Source: Paramoeba atlantica (taxonomy: Eukaryota > Protista > Discosea). From it: a stretch of 64,000 nucleotides of DNA. Of the stretch, positions 63,201 to 64,000 are shown piece by piece. The translations under genes were made by a program, and so were the position numbers. Position 1 is the stretch's first letter. Each line of letters opens with the position of its first letter. Location: NCBI GenBank assembly GCA_977017575.1, contig CDRNVI010000046.1, forward strand, positions 62,001 through 126,000, written 5' to 3'. Below the pieces are notes generated by a model that worked only from the letters and a program-made list of their open reading frames with translations, was not told where the DNA came from and ran no database searches.

Positions 63201-63858
63201 GAAATCCAGTTCGTGCTTTCACGTACATTAACAAAGAATATGAAAAGATATATTAAGAAGAAATATAACTGGAAATAGAACATAACGAAAATTCATTGAA
63301 ATCGTCATACATGTAGATCAGTTTCTCAAAGAGTACAAGTCTCATCACATCAGCACAGTTTGAAACAATATTCCGGAATTCCATAATCAAAGTAACTTGT
63401 GAACGGGAAGACCCATCCCCTCAGCTCGCAGCCAAATGGCTGGGGGCTGGTGGGTGGGTGCGAAAACGAGTGAAGCTTTACCCAAATAGAATAGTCACTA
63501 ATACAGTCACATAAGAATAAAATCAATTTCACGCGAAAATGCATACAGTTCATACACGTACATAATTATTAACAAACCCTATTCAAATATAATCCCTCCT
63601 GAATTTCAATCCGTAAACTTTTAGAAATCCAGTTCGTGCTTTCACGTACATTAACAAAGAATATGAAAAGATATATTAAGAAGAAATATAACTGGAAATA
63701 GAACATAACGAAAATTCATTGAAATCGTCATACATGTAGATCAGTTTCTCAAAGAGTACAAGTCTCATCACATCAGCACAGTTTGAAACAATATTCCGGA
63801 ATTCCATAATCAAAGTAACTTGTGAACGGGAAGACCCATCCCCTCAGCTCGCAGCCAA
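63201..63858 (-). repeat. Split direct repeat block 3 (63201-63435 and 63624-63858), probable 3' end of another YR element extending off the window
   Basis: Two 235-bp copies with a 188-bp spacer, sharing junction motifs with blocks 1 and 2. Confidence 0.9.
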
Positions 63859-64000
63859 CCAACCCGAGCACACGTCACGTCGCGTAATTCATACCCGAGC
63901 ACGTGTCAGTAACCCAATTACTCGCTACCGACTGACTCGTCCGCCCCCTTTTTTTTCTGATGATTCTATATAAATAAGTTTTTTTTTTTTTTTTTTTTGA

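Noticed and set aside
56069-63858. CRISPR array or LTR pairs
   Set aside because: The repeats are 200-265 bp, occur only twice each and do not flank the ORFs; no cas genes; eukaryotic context.
63940-64000. Telomere at the window end
   Set aside because: No (TTAGGG)n array; only a T run. Subtelomeric position remains an inference.
1-64000. tRNA, rRNA or a complete SL-RNA gene
   Set aside because: No cloverleaf, rRNA motif or SL exon with GTATG intron seen by eye. A tRNAscan-SE/Infernal run is needed to exclude them.

Overview
Eukaryotic, very probably kinetoplastid, genomic DNA. The genes have no introns and nearly all lie on the minus strand as one polycistron-like cluster with pyrimidine tract/AG acceptors before the ATGs. 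It also holds a kinetoplastid-style tandem HSP70 and a spliced-leader (SL) core sequence. Species cannot be fixed from the sequence; a compact bodonid/Perkinsela-like genome is only an inference. Host genes: HSP70 x2, an SR-like RRM protein, two LRR proteins, NAA50, FCF1, PRA1-like, ankyrin, KRI1, EPL1-like, mitochondrial bL27, a cdc2-related kinase, RPSA, two orphans, and two large paralogues with signal peptide plus intact TBC Rab-GAP domain. 8.3-27.5 kb is a transposon island: an SL-headed RLE non-LTR retrotransposon, three Tc1-like copies (one intact, DD32E), and a multi-level nest (MITE > MITE > hAT > Harbinger-like > MITE) whose TIRs and TSDs can be reconstructed. 53.7-64 kb looks subtelomeric: a 1.85-kb G-rich array, then nested VIPER/TATE-like tyrosine-recombinase retrotransposons with split-direct-repeat ends. 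Many ORF-track starts are TTG/GTG/CTG; the CDS starts below were moved to the first credible ATG. All alignments were done by eye and no database search was run.
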